From: Octopus vulgaris
Taxonomy: Eukaryota
Assembly (NCBI GenBank): GCA_951406725.2
Contig: OX597815.1
Location: 214,520,001-214,584,000 of the forward strand
Direction: 5' to 3'
Length of the DNA stretch: 64,000 bases
Part shown: positions 1-11,281 of the stretch, one piece after another
Layout: each line of letters starts with the position of its first letter
Position numbering within the stretch: position 1 is the stretch's first letter
Notes under the pieces: model-generated
Databases searched by the model: none
What the model was told of the DNA's origin: nothing
What the model saw: only the letters and a program-made list of their open reading frames with translations
Program-made: the position numbers and the translations under genes

Positions 1-819
1 AAAGACATATTTTACATCCTGTCTATGTTTTTATTTATTACTTTTTACTTTGAACATTCAAGCATACGTGAGGAAGGTTGTAATGACCTTGCTTCTGAAG
101 CTCAGATTTATTTGTGTCGACTAAATACTGACACAACTAATTCTATTATTACATAGTCAAGTTCGAGTTATATATTAATATATATATTATTATACTGCTA
201 CAAGTATTAAATGGTTACTTAAAAATAATTACGCAATGAAGAAAAAACATTAGATTTAACAGATACTATTAACGTGGCTACGCATTTTTCTTTATGCAGA
301 TGGTGTCTTTGGGTAATTCTCTCATTAATCGATTCTCTTTCAACTCTTCTTTAAAATATAAAAAAAATCCAGTTACAATCACTCAAGAGACGTTTACAAA
401 AAGCATTGATCAAATTCCCCTGCAATTTTCCCAAATACTTTAGACGAAGCAGAAAGTTTTCCTGTCGTCATCTCTGTCACTGTCCTGTTACTTGGGCCTT
501 AGTGTACACCGGTCAGTTGGTGACCCTTGACCCTATATAAACATTTCTATTGCATGATATAATTTGTACCTTGCCAACTCAGTTGCCATGCATAAATATC
601 AGATTGTATCCTTTTGCTCATAGTGCGTAGCTTCGATCTACAGATTTCTGGATTAAGCACGCTTCCACGGCGTCACTCTGTTCAACGAGTGATTAGAAAA
701 ATATATAACGTATTTCATTCATTGTCTGTTTTGGGTTACGTTACTTCTATCGCATCATACATCATATGGTATTTATTTCTGTCTATGCACTGGACCGTGT
801 CAAATGTCATTAGTTCGTC

Positions 820-1160
820 CGTCGTTGGCACCTCTGTCAGCGCAGCTTCGCCAAGAATGGCGGTCTTCTGCTTGTATTTCGCAGGTATTACGGCTGATCT
901 CAAAGCTCTTCAATGAAGCTTTGAGTCTGTCCTTGAAGCGCTGTTTCTGTCTACCTTGCATGTGTTTAATTTTTGATAATTCACTTTAAAACAGTTTCTT
1001 GAGGAATTGCGAGTCAAGCATTCAAACAAGGTGGTCTGCTTACCTGACCCGTGCTCTCTTCAGCAGTGTGTAAATGCTTGACAGACCAGCTCGCGAGAGA
1101 ACCTGTGTCTAGGACCTTCACTCGCCACCTGATTTTCTACAGCTTTCTTGGGCAGTTCAT
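820..1160 (-). mobile_element. RTE-clade LINE, decayed C-terminal ORF2 fragment
   Basis: Minus-strand translation with stops/frameshifts gives NCPRKL*KIRW...IYTLLKRARVR*ADHLV*MLDSQFLKKLF*SELSK..QGRQKQRFKDRLKASLKSF..AEDRHSWR, matching the post-RT tail of RTE/BovB-type LINEs (RLPKQLFYGEL...GGQKKRFKDTLK). Confidence 0.75.
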
Positions 1161-1189
1161 TTAGTAACTACAATACAAACACGCACACA

Positions 1190-1191
1190 TG

Positions 1192-1290
<99 letters not shown>
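1190..1290. repeat. compound microsatellite (TA)n(TG)n
   Basis: Directly visible; source of ORFs 1148..1333 and 1161..1385. Confidence 0.95.
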
Positions 1291-3317
1291 ATATAGCAAA
1301 TCAAGAGTTGTAAAGTATATAAAGTATATATAAAGTATATAAAAACAAGAGTTGTAAAATATATAAAATATTTTATACAGTGCAAACGCTGTGATATCGA
1401 ACTTATACCTTGGTTAGAGTAAGATGTGTATATTATACCAGGCGTTTATAGTCTACAGTAAAATTCGCGTTTAGCTGTGTTTATCAATGTGCGTGTGTGC
1501 ACATTTATACATAAATATATACCATACAATAATTACACGTGAATTTTGATAGATAGATAGACAGACAGATAGTTAGATAGATAGATGAGTGTGTATATAT
1601 GATATTTAGTAGCATTAGTATCGTCAGGTCACCAGGAGTTTGAGTTCATTTGTACTTCACGCCTGTCATTAAACTTATATTAATCCTCAATTAGACCTTA
1701 GTTTAATTGTATTTAGGCTTCATAGGATTAAAACCGAAATGTCTTTATTTTTAGAAAGTGATAAAATATTATAAGTGAGAGTAGCCAACTGTTTTTTTTT
1801 ATATATATATTAACTATTTTATTACATTACCTTATATTCTATTATTTACTCACACCTATTTTTTTGTGCATACATTTTTATTATGTGATATTTGTTCTCA
1901 CAAGAACAGAGATATTGGCTAATTACTTTTTAATTAAATTTTGGAAATGCGATCAGTTTCAACAACAATGAAAGTAATACCGTCTTCATTAACTGTTATG
2001 CTATCATCGATTCCATACAACCATTAATACAAAGGGGTTTCTTTTTAGCTTATACCTCAAGGCAATGTTGTGATGTGTCTTCAAGGCAAAATGGAAGAAC
2101 AAACAAATAAATACGTATATAAAACAGATAAAGAAACAGTTGTAAATACGAAAGAAACAATATACATAAACTCCATATTCTCACATTTTTTTATTAATTT
2201 CTGTTACATATCCTCCGGCAACAGAAACAGGATAGTTCCTTTCTCTCTGTCAAGTAATAATATGGAGGCGATTAAACCTTGTAAGATAACAAACACCAGC
2301 CAGTATAAAATATCATTTCAGAAAAATATATCTAATTTATATATATCTGGTCAGCGTCCGAATTATTAAAACTACCGGAAGGCATCAGTAGTGTCTTTTC
2401 AACCCGAAATGTCGGACACCCTCCAATGTCTTCATTTTAAGGTATCTCTGCATTAAGAAAAACAAGACAAAAGTTAGATGAAAGACTCGAAGAAGACTGA
2501 AACATCTCTTGTCGAAAATAAGAAGATCAAACAAATATGCCTAAGTAAAACAAACAAAAACAAAAACAAAACAACGAATGAACAGAATCGGCCTATTTTG
2601 GAAATCCGATGACTCGTGGAAGAGTTATTACTTGAAGTCATTAAAAAACTTCAGCTAAAAATAATGAACACGAGGAGTTTTCAAGATGACCAATAAAACC
2701 ATGAAACGGCATGACAGCCACAAAACATAGAGCTCTTTTGCTGAATGTTATGAACTGTTTGGCTTCTTCAGATGTTCGCTGTGTTAAAAGCTATTTCAAT
2801 CATGTTGTATAGCTAATTATCTGGAAACCTTATAATGCAAAGAGGAAAAGAAAAAAGAAATAAAACAATGAAAAGAGCGATGTAAAACACGCATAAATTA
2901 TAGAATGAATTAGAATTCGCCATTCAAATTTCATTTGTCATTTTTTTCTTAACTTTTTGGTGAGGCGGAGTAGGGAGGGGACCCATTGATAATTTCATCT
3001 AAATTATCTCATTGCCTTTCTTAAGACAATCAGCAAAGACAATAGGTTTGGCATTCTTTTAAAAATTCACTTTCTGAAAAGGTTATCTTTGTGCTCAACT
3101 ACAATATTATAAAAATAGCAGTTTTTTTCCTCCCAGCTGTTTCTTTTAATCTCATAATAAATATGAAAAGATTTCAGTTTGTATTAAAGACAAAACAGTG
3201 TTTAAGTAGACAATTTAATTTTAGAATAATCATTAAGTATTTCATTAAAATTACGAAGGAAAGATTTTGCTGCTTGTCTTCTCACGATCCTATTTCTCTG
3301 GTTTTTACATTTTATTT

Positions 3318-4106
3318 GGATCTTTTCCTTTTGATGGCCAGATTTCAACACAATTTCTAGTTAACTAAACACTTTTAAACTTCGTATACTGGTAGAATGT
3401 GTTTATAAAACATCATTTTTTCTTGGCTTTATTGAGAAAATTCTATAGTTTGTAAGATATTTCGTCTGAAAATCCGAGAGTTTCGGCAATTTTAACCAAT
3501 CGATTACCTCCATTCAACTAAAATCCTTTGCTGCGTCTAAAACTGAGACAACATCCTGTAGCTAACCCTAACCCTCCCCCTAACCCTAACCCTTTTTTTT
3601 CTTAATTGTTAAATTAATTTAATTGTTACGCGTGTAAAAAAACCGAAAGCAATGGAAAATGATTTAAACAATTAACAAACAAAATCATTCTATAATTTTA
3701 TACACACGCTTTCCGTGCGTATACGGAAAGCGTGTGTTACGGAAAGCGTGTGTATAAAATTATAGAATGATTTCGTTTGTTAATTGTTTAAAATCATTTT
3801 CCATTGCTTTCGGTTTTTTTACACGCGTAACAATTAAATTAATTTAACAATTAAGAAAAAAAAAAGGTTAGGGTTAGGTTGAGGGGTAGTGTCTCAGTTT
3901 TAGACGCAGCAAATGATTTTAGCTCAAAAGAAAGCATAGGATTGGTTAAAATTCGAAAAATTAAACTACGTTAAACAAACAAATTACAGTTTTCTCAAGA
4001 AAGCCAAGAGAAAAAAATGTTTTATTTTGACACATTCTACCAGTATACGAAGTTTTAAAGTGTTTAGTTAACTAGAAATTGTCTGCCGTTCAAAAGGAAA
4101 AGATCC
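3318..4106. mobile_element. Foldback/MITE-like DNA element with long inverted arms, internal TTAGGG-type repeats and 8-bp TSD
   Basis: Starts GGATCTTTTCCTTTTGA and ends TCAAAAGGAAAAGATCC; arms are inverted-complementary almost to the centre (~3718); TTTTATTT at 3310-3317 and 4107-4114; CCCTAA repeats 3562-3592, TTAGGG-type at 3866-3878. Confidence 0.85.
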
Positions 4107-4519
4107 TTTTATTTGCCTTCATAACAAACTTTCCTCTGATTCTTTCTACGTATTACCTAGAAGAAGAAGATTGGCTTTCAATCGTTTCATTATTATAATT
4201 CTTACCATGTCACCCGAAATTGCTGGTATTGTGCTAAAATTTGAAACCGTTCTTATTCTAATTCTGATGACTGCAAGCGGAAAGAACCGCTAACACGCCA
4301 GTAAAAAAAAATGGTTGGCGAGATTTCATCCGTCTTCCACCGAAGTCGATTATGCCAGGATTATTTCAGGATCGATAAAATAAGTACCAGTCAAGCACTG
4401 AGTCAATATAATCGACTACCCCATCCTCCAAAATTTCTTCTGAATATTTAGTAGGAAAGATTGTTGTTGTTGTTAAGGCGACGCTACGTTCTGAGTTCAG
4501 ATGATGATCTTGCAAGAGT

Positions 4520-4900
4520 TACAATGCCGGGCAAGGGCCGTCAAATTGGTAGTGGTGAGTGATTTTCTCTAAGTGTTGTAGGCTGCATTTTTGTATGAAT
4601 TTTTGTAGAGAGCAGCACATTCTATGAATGAACCACTTCGTGGCGTTAGGGCTGTGAGTTGAATTGTGTGTGAGGTGTTGAGAGACATACTCAGAGGATG
4701 GTTTCACTCATTCTGCCAACTGTTTCTTATGGATCAGTGGGGAAACACGTGTGTAGTGAGGGAAGATTAGCAAAGGGATTGAGAGATTTGAGTTTCGGAG
4801 AGAAACTATGCTTTGTTTGTTACTAAGAAATGAGGTGTGGGATCGAGTTGGAATCGGAAACCGTGGATGTTAGAGAAAATGAGGGATAATTTTCCAGTAG
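4520..4900 (-). mobile_element. possible highly decayed LINE 3' region (I/Nimb-like)
   Basis: Minus strand gives KLKSLNP...ETIL..xHT..TH-like segments, weakly reminiscent of the NKL..IKP...E.IL.RLRIGHT.LTH motif; no intact frame. Confidence 0.25.
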
Positions 4901-5352
4901 GTTTAGTTTTAGTTTTTGACATTTAGGGAAACGTAGAGGGTGTTAGTTCATCGTAAAGTAGACTCCTGTCGGGAGCATAGCAAAGAATGTTCGGAACGTT
5001 GCGAACTACACAAAAGACACTCATGGACCAGGTATTAGTATTGTCAGTGCCACAGGGTGTGCCTATATCGTATCGGTCTTGTTAGCCACGTCCGCTTCCA
5101 ATGCGAAAACATGTGTTGGAAGCGGAGGAGGATGAATATCTTGTCATTACCTTAGATGGGCTGCCATAAGCAAAGCACATAAGACCGCCATAGACGGCGG
5201 CATGATATTCCTATGCAATAACTATATTCTATATGTATCAAATATATATGGATTCAATATCGAGTGGTGGAATGGCAGAAATGCTAAAGTGCCGTTGCAT
5301 TTTTTTAAAAAACAAAACATAATTTATTATATTATTTAGAAGAAACACAAAC

Positions 5353-5548
5353 CGGCGAGCTGACAGAATCGTTAGCACGCCGAGCAACATGCGTAGCAGT
5401 ATTTCGTCACTCCTTACATTCTGAGTTCAAATTTGCCTCTCATCCCTTCCAGGTCGATAAAATAAGCACCAACCAGTTGGGTAATGGGGTCCATGTAATC
5501 GACTTACCCGCTTACCCGAAATTGCTGGCCTTGTGCCAAAATTTGAAA
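5353..5548 (+). mobile_element. SINE family A (tRNA-derived head, Nin-like central domain)
   Basis: GGCGAGCTGACAGAATCGTTAGCACGCC head, B box GAGTTCAAAT, central GCCTCTCATCCC..GGTCGATAAAATAAG.ACCA; many homologous copies in the window. Confidence 0.85.
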
Positions 5549-7004
5549 TTATTATTAGAACAAACTTGGAAACTTCATTTTCATGTAATGCTATGAACAA
5601 CAGATCAGCATATCAAAGACTGCTTCGCTTCAAGCTTAACTTTTAAAAGCTATCTTTCCAGAATATTTTTTTAATTGCTTTTACTTGAACTCTAAGAACT
5701 CATAAGGCTGAAGTTAAGCAAAGTTTCCATGGTGTACAAGTGATAGCGATTATAGCACTCCCCACAAGCCTTAAACGGGACGTCGATCCGTTGCAGGATC
5801 AGTCAGTAACGCACACTAACAGAACACTAGTCCTGCTGCCGAAAGCAGTAATCCATCGCAACACATGACAGACTTTAACCATTAAGTTCACATACATTTA
5901 ATCAAGGGCAAGCCGACCTCACAGGTTTTATAGTCCTTGAAGTAACTATTTACTGCTGTACTCACAAGCACAAGGCGTAAATGAGGTGTAATGATTCAAC
6001 TCGTGAATTAAATCTGACTCACTGATTCAGTAAGAACACAGAAGTTTACCATTTTATGACAACACTAACAAATCTTTTATAGAACAAATTTTATTTTGTT
6101 TACTTTAAAATTTATCAATGGGCGGTTGTAAATGGATGTTACATGTTTGTTTCTGTCACTTTTATAAACCATATATTTGCTTAATATTTTAACTTTTATT
6201 TTCATTATTTTACTGTTAAATTTTTACGATGTTTTCTTAGGTTTTCCCATCTTTCTTTTTAATAACGAGTAAAATTATTAAATTTTTAAATTCTTAAATA
6301 GATGGTTTCCAGATGTGAAAATTAATGAAACGTCTCCTCACATGGAAATTTTGCACATCAATACACAATTTGAGGTGTTTTTTATTTTTCTTCAACATGA
6401 GCCACGTTTTGGTATGGAAAACAAGCGTGTGTAGTTGTACACACGCGCATGAAAGCACACACACACAAACTCACATGAGTGAATAAGTGAGTGAGTAAAT
6501 GAGTGAGTGAGTGTGTGAGTGAGTATATATATATGCGTACACATACATGCCCATTGATACATATATGTGTGTGTGTCTCTTTTTTCTTTTACTAGTTTCA
6601 GCCTGAGATTGAGATCATGCTGGAGCAGTGCCTTTGCCTAGAGGCACGTACCGATGTCGACAAATACGAACTGGAAGAGCGCGGCGCGAATAATCCTGCC
6701 ATCGAAACTTCGTCCGATCAGCAAGTCACTACATGTGTGGGGGTGGAGCGAGAGAGAGAGAGAGAGAGAGAGCCTTGGGGTGTAATACATATGTTCAGTG
6801 TCAGTAAACTTGACCAGTTGTCCGTAAATTTGCTAGACGTAAATTTTGTTAAAGCCTGTTGGACGGTCTGTCTTTCTCGTCTCCAGTTTGACACCGCGAC
6901 CTCACGTTTAAGTGTCTTTAGAAGATTCTACTATATTACAAGCATTTGGGTAGTGGCGTCTGATCCGATGATGCTCACTGGATATATTGATACATAGCTT
7001 CCTA

Positions 7005-7571
7005 TTGGGTTGTCCGGAAAGTTCGTGCCGATTTTTAAAGGAAAGAAAAAGGTCAATAAATAGTTGCCATTATATTTTTAATCAACCAAATATGAAACCA
7101 TTTTGTTGCACAATGCGTCTCCATCTTTCCTTTAACTTGAAAATACCCTCTTCCCAGAATTGAGGTGGTTTCATGGCAAAGAATTCATCAAGGTATCTTT
7201 TTACGTCATCCAAGGAATTGAAATTTTTACCATTAAGACTATTCTGCAGAGACCTGAATAAGTGGAAATCCAAAGGAGCAATATCCGGTGAATATGGAGG
7301 GTGGGGTAACACATCCGAGCCGAGCTGCAGCAATTTCTGTCTGGTTCCCAAAGCATCGATTGCCGAAAATTAACTTTCTTATCTTCCATTTTAAAGGGTT
7401 ACAGAATTAACACAGGTTATAGGAACACAAATCTTCTACCACGAAAAGATAGCTTAAACTGTGCTCTGAATGGAGGTGTAGTGAAATCCTATTTTATGAA
7501 CTCAGCCATGTTCTAAAATAAGTCGAAAGGTAAGCAACTATAAATCGGCACGAACTTTCCGGACAACCCAA
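7005..7571 (-). mobile_element. mariner transposon, internally deleted non-autonomous copy
   Basis: 30-bp perfect TIRs TTGGGTTGTCCGGAAAGTTCGTGCCGATTT, TA TSD (7003-7004, 7572-7573); N-terminus MEDKKVNFRQSML joined directly to C-terminal LPHPPYSPDIAPLDFHLFRSLQNSL...GIFKLKERW (YSPDLAP motif). Confidence 0.97.
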
Positions 7572-7904
7572 TACTTCTCCAGCACGTCAACTCTTCCTTG
7601 TCTGTCTCTGAATAACCGAAAAACTCGGTTTCATCATTGTCTTTCGTCCTGTATCTAGAGCATAAAAGAAGATTCGTCTTAACTTTGTTTTTATTTTAAA
7701 ATAATTTGACCAACTACATATTCAGGTGTATGTATGCGCTTTCGTGTCATGTGTATGTTAGATGTATAATGTGAACGTATGTGTATGTATGAGTTACGTG
7801 TGTACATAATGGAGCCTGCGTGTTGGTGTATTTGCATGAAATGTTGCTTGAATGTGTGTCTGTTAGTCTGCCTGTCTATCTGCTGGTCATGTGCGCACAG
7901 GAAT

Positions 7905-8335
7905 GCACACATACCTAACACACATAACCCCACACTTACACACATACACAAACGTACATACACACACACGCACGCATACACGCACACATGTACACACAAC
8001 TATACGCACGCGCATATACGCACAAGAACGCACATACACCTCCACACACACATCCCCACGTTCACACACGCATATACACACGCATACACACACACGCCTA
8101 CACACATACATACACGCACATACATACACAGGCACACTCATATACACACGCACCACATACACAACATCACCTACATACACATACGCATGCACATACACAC
8201 ACATGCATATACACCCACACACATACACACACGCACGTACACACACACACAGGCACACACAGACGCATGCACACACTACACACAAAACACACACAGACTT
8301 GCGCGCACACACATACCCACACATAAACACACATA
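7905..8335. repeat. degenerate (CA)n/(CATA)n simple-repeat tract
   Basis: Directly visible; explains His/Thr- and Cys/Val-rich ORFs. Confidence 0.9.
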
Positions 8336-8590
8336 CCTCCTTCTCTTACGCTGTCTTGTCTTACAAAGAACTTTTTCTTCACCCATTCCCAGCCGCTCAT
8401 TTCAAAATGTGAATCGTTGGCGACTTTTTTCCTCCATCTTCCTTTTCTACTGGAGTTTCCTCTGTCCTCCTGTTTCTGAAGAAGATCTTTGCTCGAAACG
8501 TAAAACACCCTTTCTTTCCTTCACTGAGCGTCTGCTAATACTTTACATGTACCACAATTTCGCGCTGTTGTTTTTTGTGTTTTTTCTTAT
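8335..8590 (+). mobile_element. Penelope-like pseudo-LTR / short hammerhead-bearing element
   Basis: Inverted diverged homolog of 9101-9270; ends in (TA)n; contains hammerhead motif. Confidence 0.6.
8471..8507 (+). ncRNA. minimal type-I hammerhead ribozyme motif
   Basis: Stem I TGTTT / core CTGAAGA / extra A / stem II GATC-TTT-GCTC (1 mismatch) / GAAA-C-GTA (palindromic ACGT stem III, GUA cleavage triplet) / stem I' AAACA. Confidence 0.7.
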
Positions 8591-8592
8591 AG

Positions 8593-8623
<31 letters not shown>

Positions 8624-8845
8624 AATATGAGGGAATATTATTCCAAATTTACAGGGAAAAATTCAATTTAGAAATACTAAATCAAATTTCACAAAATATG
8701 GTATGATTATATATATATATATATATATATACGAATATAAACAAGAAGGGTAGTAATATTATTTACTACCAGGTGCCCAGCACAAAAGACGAATTAGTCA
8801 TAAGACGAAAATATTATTCATATAGAAAAATATTATTCATGTGGT

Positions 8846-9038
8846 TATACAATTAAAGGCTCCTAAATAAAGATGTCAAGTGCTGGGAACACAAAAGGGG
8901 ATGAATTTATCGAGAGTGAAAAAAAAACGTTTACCGATAATTTTAAAATTATCGGTAAACGTTTTTGATTTTCGCTCTCGATAAATTCATCCCCTTTTTG
9001 TGTTCCCAGCACTTGGCATCTTTATTTAGGAGCCTTTA

Positions 9039-9046
<8 letters not shown>
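8846..9046. repeat. ~200-bp near-perfect palindrome with no spacer
   Basis: TATACAATTAAAGGCTCC...CCGATAATTTT|AAAATTATCGG...GGAGCCTTTAATTGTATA; centre at 8944/8945. Confidence 0.9.
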
Positions 9047-9100
<54 letters not shown>

Positions 9101-9104
<4 letters not shown>

Positions 9105-9306
9105 ATCCAAACAAGAAAACACAAAAAAACGCGAGGACGTGGAACAAATATAGTATTATTGGACGCTCAGGAAAGAAGGAGGGTTTAACGTTTCGAGCGG
9201 AGCTCTTCGTCGGAAACATAGGAGAGGGAAAGATCCAGAGAAGGGAAGACAGAGGGAAAAAAACCGCCAACTGCGGTATTTCAAAACCGTGCAAAAAGAG
9301 AAGTGA

Positions 9307-9309
<3 letters not shown>
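9101..9309 (-). mobile_element. Penelope-like pseudo-LTR / short element with hammerhead motif (9184-9218), between (TA)n tracts
   Basis: Minus strand GTTT CCGACGA A GAGC-TCC-GCTC GAAA C GTT AAAC; (TA)n on both sides; 9277-9309 repeated inverted at 9356-9389. Confidence 0.65.
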
Positions 9310-9358
<49 letters not shown>

Positions 9359-9612
9359 TCAATTCTCTTTTTGCACGGTTTTGAAATAACACAGTCCAAC
9401 AAAAAGAACCGATTGTTTTTTTTGCACTATTTTTTTTACTTCCACACGGTTTAAACATCTGTCCTTGTGTCTCCACCGAACTTATTGCAAGTGGCAAGTA
9501 AACGATTAATTGACATCAATCAATTATAATTTACAAAACGCTGAAACTCTACGTAACATGATTAAGTAGCAATTTAGCGAAGTAAAACAGAATCCAATCT
9601 ATTTTTTCCGTA

Positions 9613-10062
9613 TAGTGATCCCCCACTCTCCGGTGTGGGCGAGACCTATGCACTGTACCTACCTCTGGCTGCGTGTAACCGCCCCACCAGACAGCGCACG
9701 GCGGCAGCCGTTAGCATCGAGTCAAATTTCCGATCGTAATAGTGATAACCAACCCCAAAATGTTGCTTGATACATCTAAGAAAAATAAAAGAGCATCAAT
9801 TTCTTTGGAGGCCAAGATCGATACTTTGGTTTGTCTTCGTAAGGGTGAAAGTGCAGCGTCCTTGGGTTGAGCGTTCTGCCTGAACGAAGCTACGATAAGA
9901 ACGATCAAAAAGAATGATGCTGTCATTAGAAGATTCGTAGCTTCTGGAACAAAATTATCTGCCAAGTCGTCGTCATATACAAGAGATATCATTCAAGAAA
10001 AAATGGAAGAAGCTTTAATGACATGGATAGAAGAAAACAATAAAAAAAAAGGATACCAGTAT
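9613..10062 (+). mobile_element. Tigger/pogo transposon 5' fragment (CENP-B-type HTH N-terminus, pseudogenised)
   Basis: From ATG 9760: MLLDTSKKNKRASISLEAKIDTL..LRKGESAASLG*AFCLNEATIRTIKKN...IQEKMEEALMTWIEE..KKRIPV, TIGD/Tigger-like with an in-frame stop; TA plus (C>T)AGTGATCCC TIR-like start. Confidence 0.85.
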
Positions 10063-10115
10063 GAGTATTTCAGAGAACGTATATGATGCCACGTATATAC
10101 ACACATATATATATA

Positions 10116-10148
<33 letters not shown>

Positions 10149-10226
10149 ATAAACACACACACATGAACATGTTATGTTGTTTTGTATGTGTGGTGGTGGT
10201 TGTGTATGTATTATGGTTTACCTATA

Positions 10227-10594
10227 TCTCTATATATATAAACGGCAAAATGTCTGTCTGTGTGTGTATCCTTTATACAAATCCACAATTTTTCAGTTAG
10301 AGGGCTCGCACTTTCTGTGGTTATTCAAAACCGTCCAAGGGTGGTCGTGCACATCTTTACATTTCCCCAGTCACATCGCAAAGCCATTAAAAATTCAATA
10401 GAAGTGACTTTTTTGTGAATTTTCTATCCAAATCCCAATCAAAATGCCCGAAACTTGATACGCCAATTGAATGCCAGTTAGCTGTATGTGATTGGTCGGA
10501 GATTTGGGCAGTACTCACGTGTATGTGCGCACGCACGCAGCTGTATATGCATGCACTAGCACTATGACCCGGCCTTACGGGGTCATAGTGCTAG
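10227..10594 (+). mobile_element. non-autonomous Helitron
   Basis: A|TC start followed by TATATATAAA..TGTCTGTCTG; subterminal hairpin; CTAG|T end; no TSD. Confidence 0.75.
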
Positions 10595-10909
10595 TATAAC
10601 ATAAATACTTACTCGAGTGCATGTATTTTAGTTCATTGCATATGTGTGCGTGCGAACGCAGACGTGTATATCACTTATATTGTGTATTGTGCGTGTGTGT
10701 GGTCATGTATATATCCTATAAAATGTTGGCTTCAGCAATATGTTCGTTTGTCAGTTGTGTGTTATATGTATGTATGTATATATACATGTGTATCTGTTAC
10801 ATTAGGTTGTTACAACGTGTATATGAGGTAAGCTTGGGTGTATGTGTGTGCTGATGTAGGATATGTGCGTGTTGTTTAGTTGTGTATAGTATGGAAATGT
10901 TGCGTATAC

Positions 10910-10944
<35 letters not shown>

Positions 10945-10999
10945 CGTGCGCGATATGTATGCGGACTGGCTATTGTAAGAGCTAGAAGCCATGTGACTG

Positions 11000-11270
11000 G
11001 GAACTGAGACCCAAAAGGGGGTAAGTTTAGAGAGAGAATATATATATTTCGGCGATCGGTGAAGCCTGGATTTGGGGCGGGGGTAAACTCGAGCCAACAC
11101 GAACAGACGGTGTGCCGTGTAGTCTACAAAGCTGAAAGACAGTCTCACTAGCTGAGAGACAGACGTCCAGCTACGGCGTCGGATCTCGCAGAAATGCTCA
11201 GCGAATCGGTCAACCAAAATGCATGAAAAGAGACAGAGATTATAAGGGCGGGAAGGTGTGATGGAGTCAG
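11000..11270 (-). mobile_element. Penelope-like element, decayed GIY-YIG C-terminal fragment
   Basis: ORF 10876..11313 contains LVDRFAEHFCEIRR...SFSFVDYT...YIYSLSKLTPF, matching the PLE consensus L.DRF.EH...HF...H...IF.L.TL.P.GLN. Confidence 0.6.
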
Positions 11271-11281
11271 TTTGTTTACAT

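Noticed and set aside
3562-3592. Telomere or chromosome fusion site
   Set aside because: Only a few repeats, symmetrically embedded in a TSD-flanked foldback element.
4264-4290. CTGATGA...GAAA motif
   Set aside because: No stem III, cleavage site or stem I; overlaps a decayed SINE A head.
6690-6720. GAAACTTCGTC hammerhead-like stem III
   Set aside because: No properly placed CUGANGA with matching stems I and II found.
7779-8630. Long His/Thr- and Cys/Val-rich ORFs (also 12627-13106, 23132-23502, 46682-47267, 56092-56564, 62256-63341)
   Set aside because: Translations of stop-free microsatellites; no protein-like complexity.
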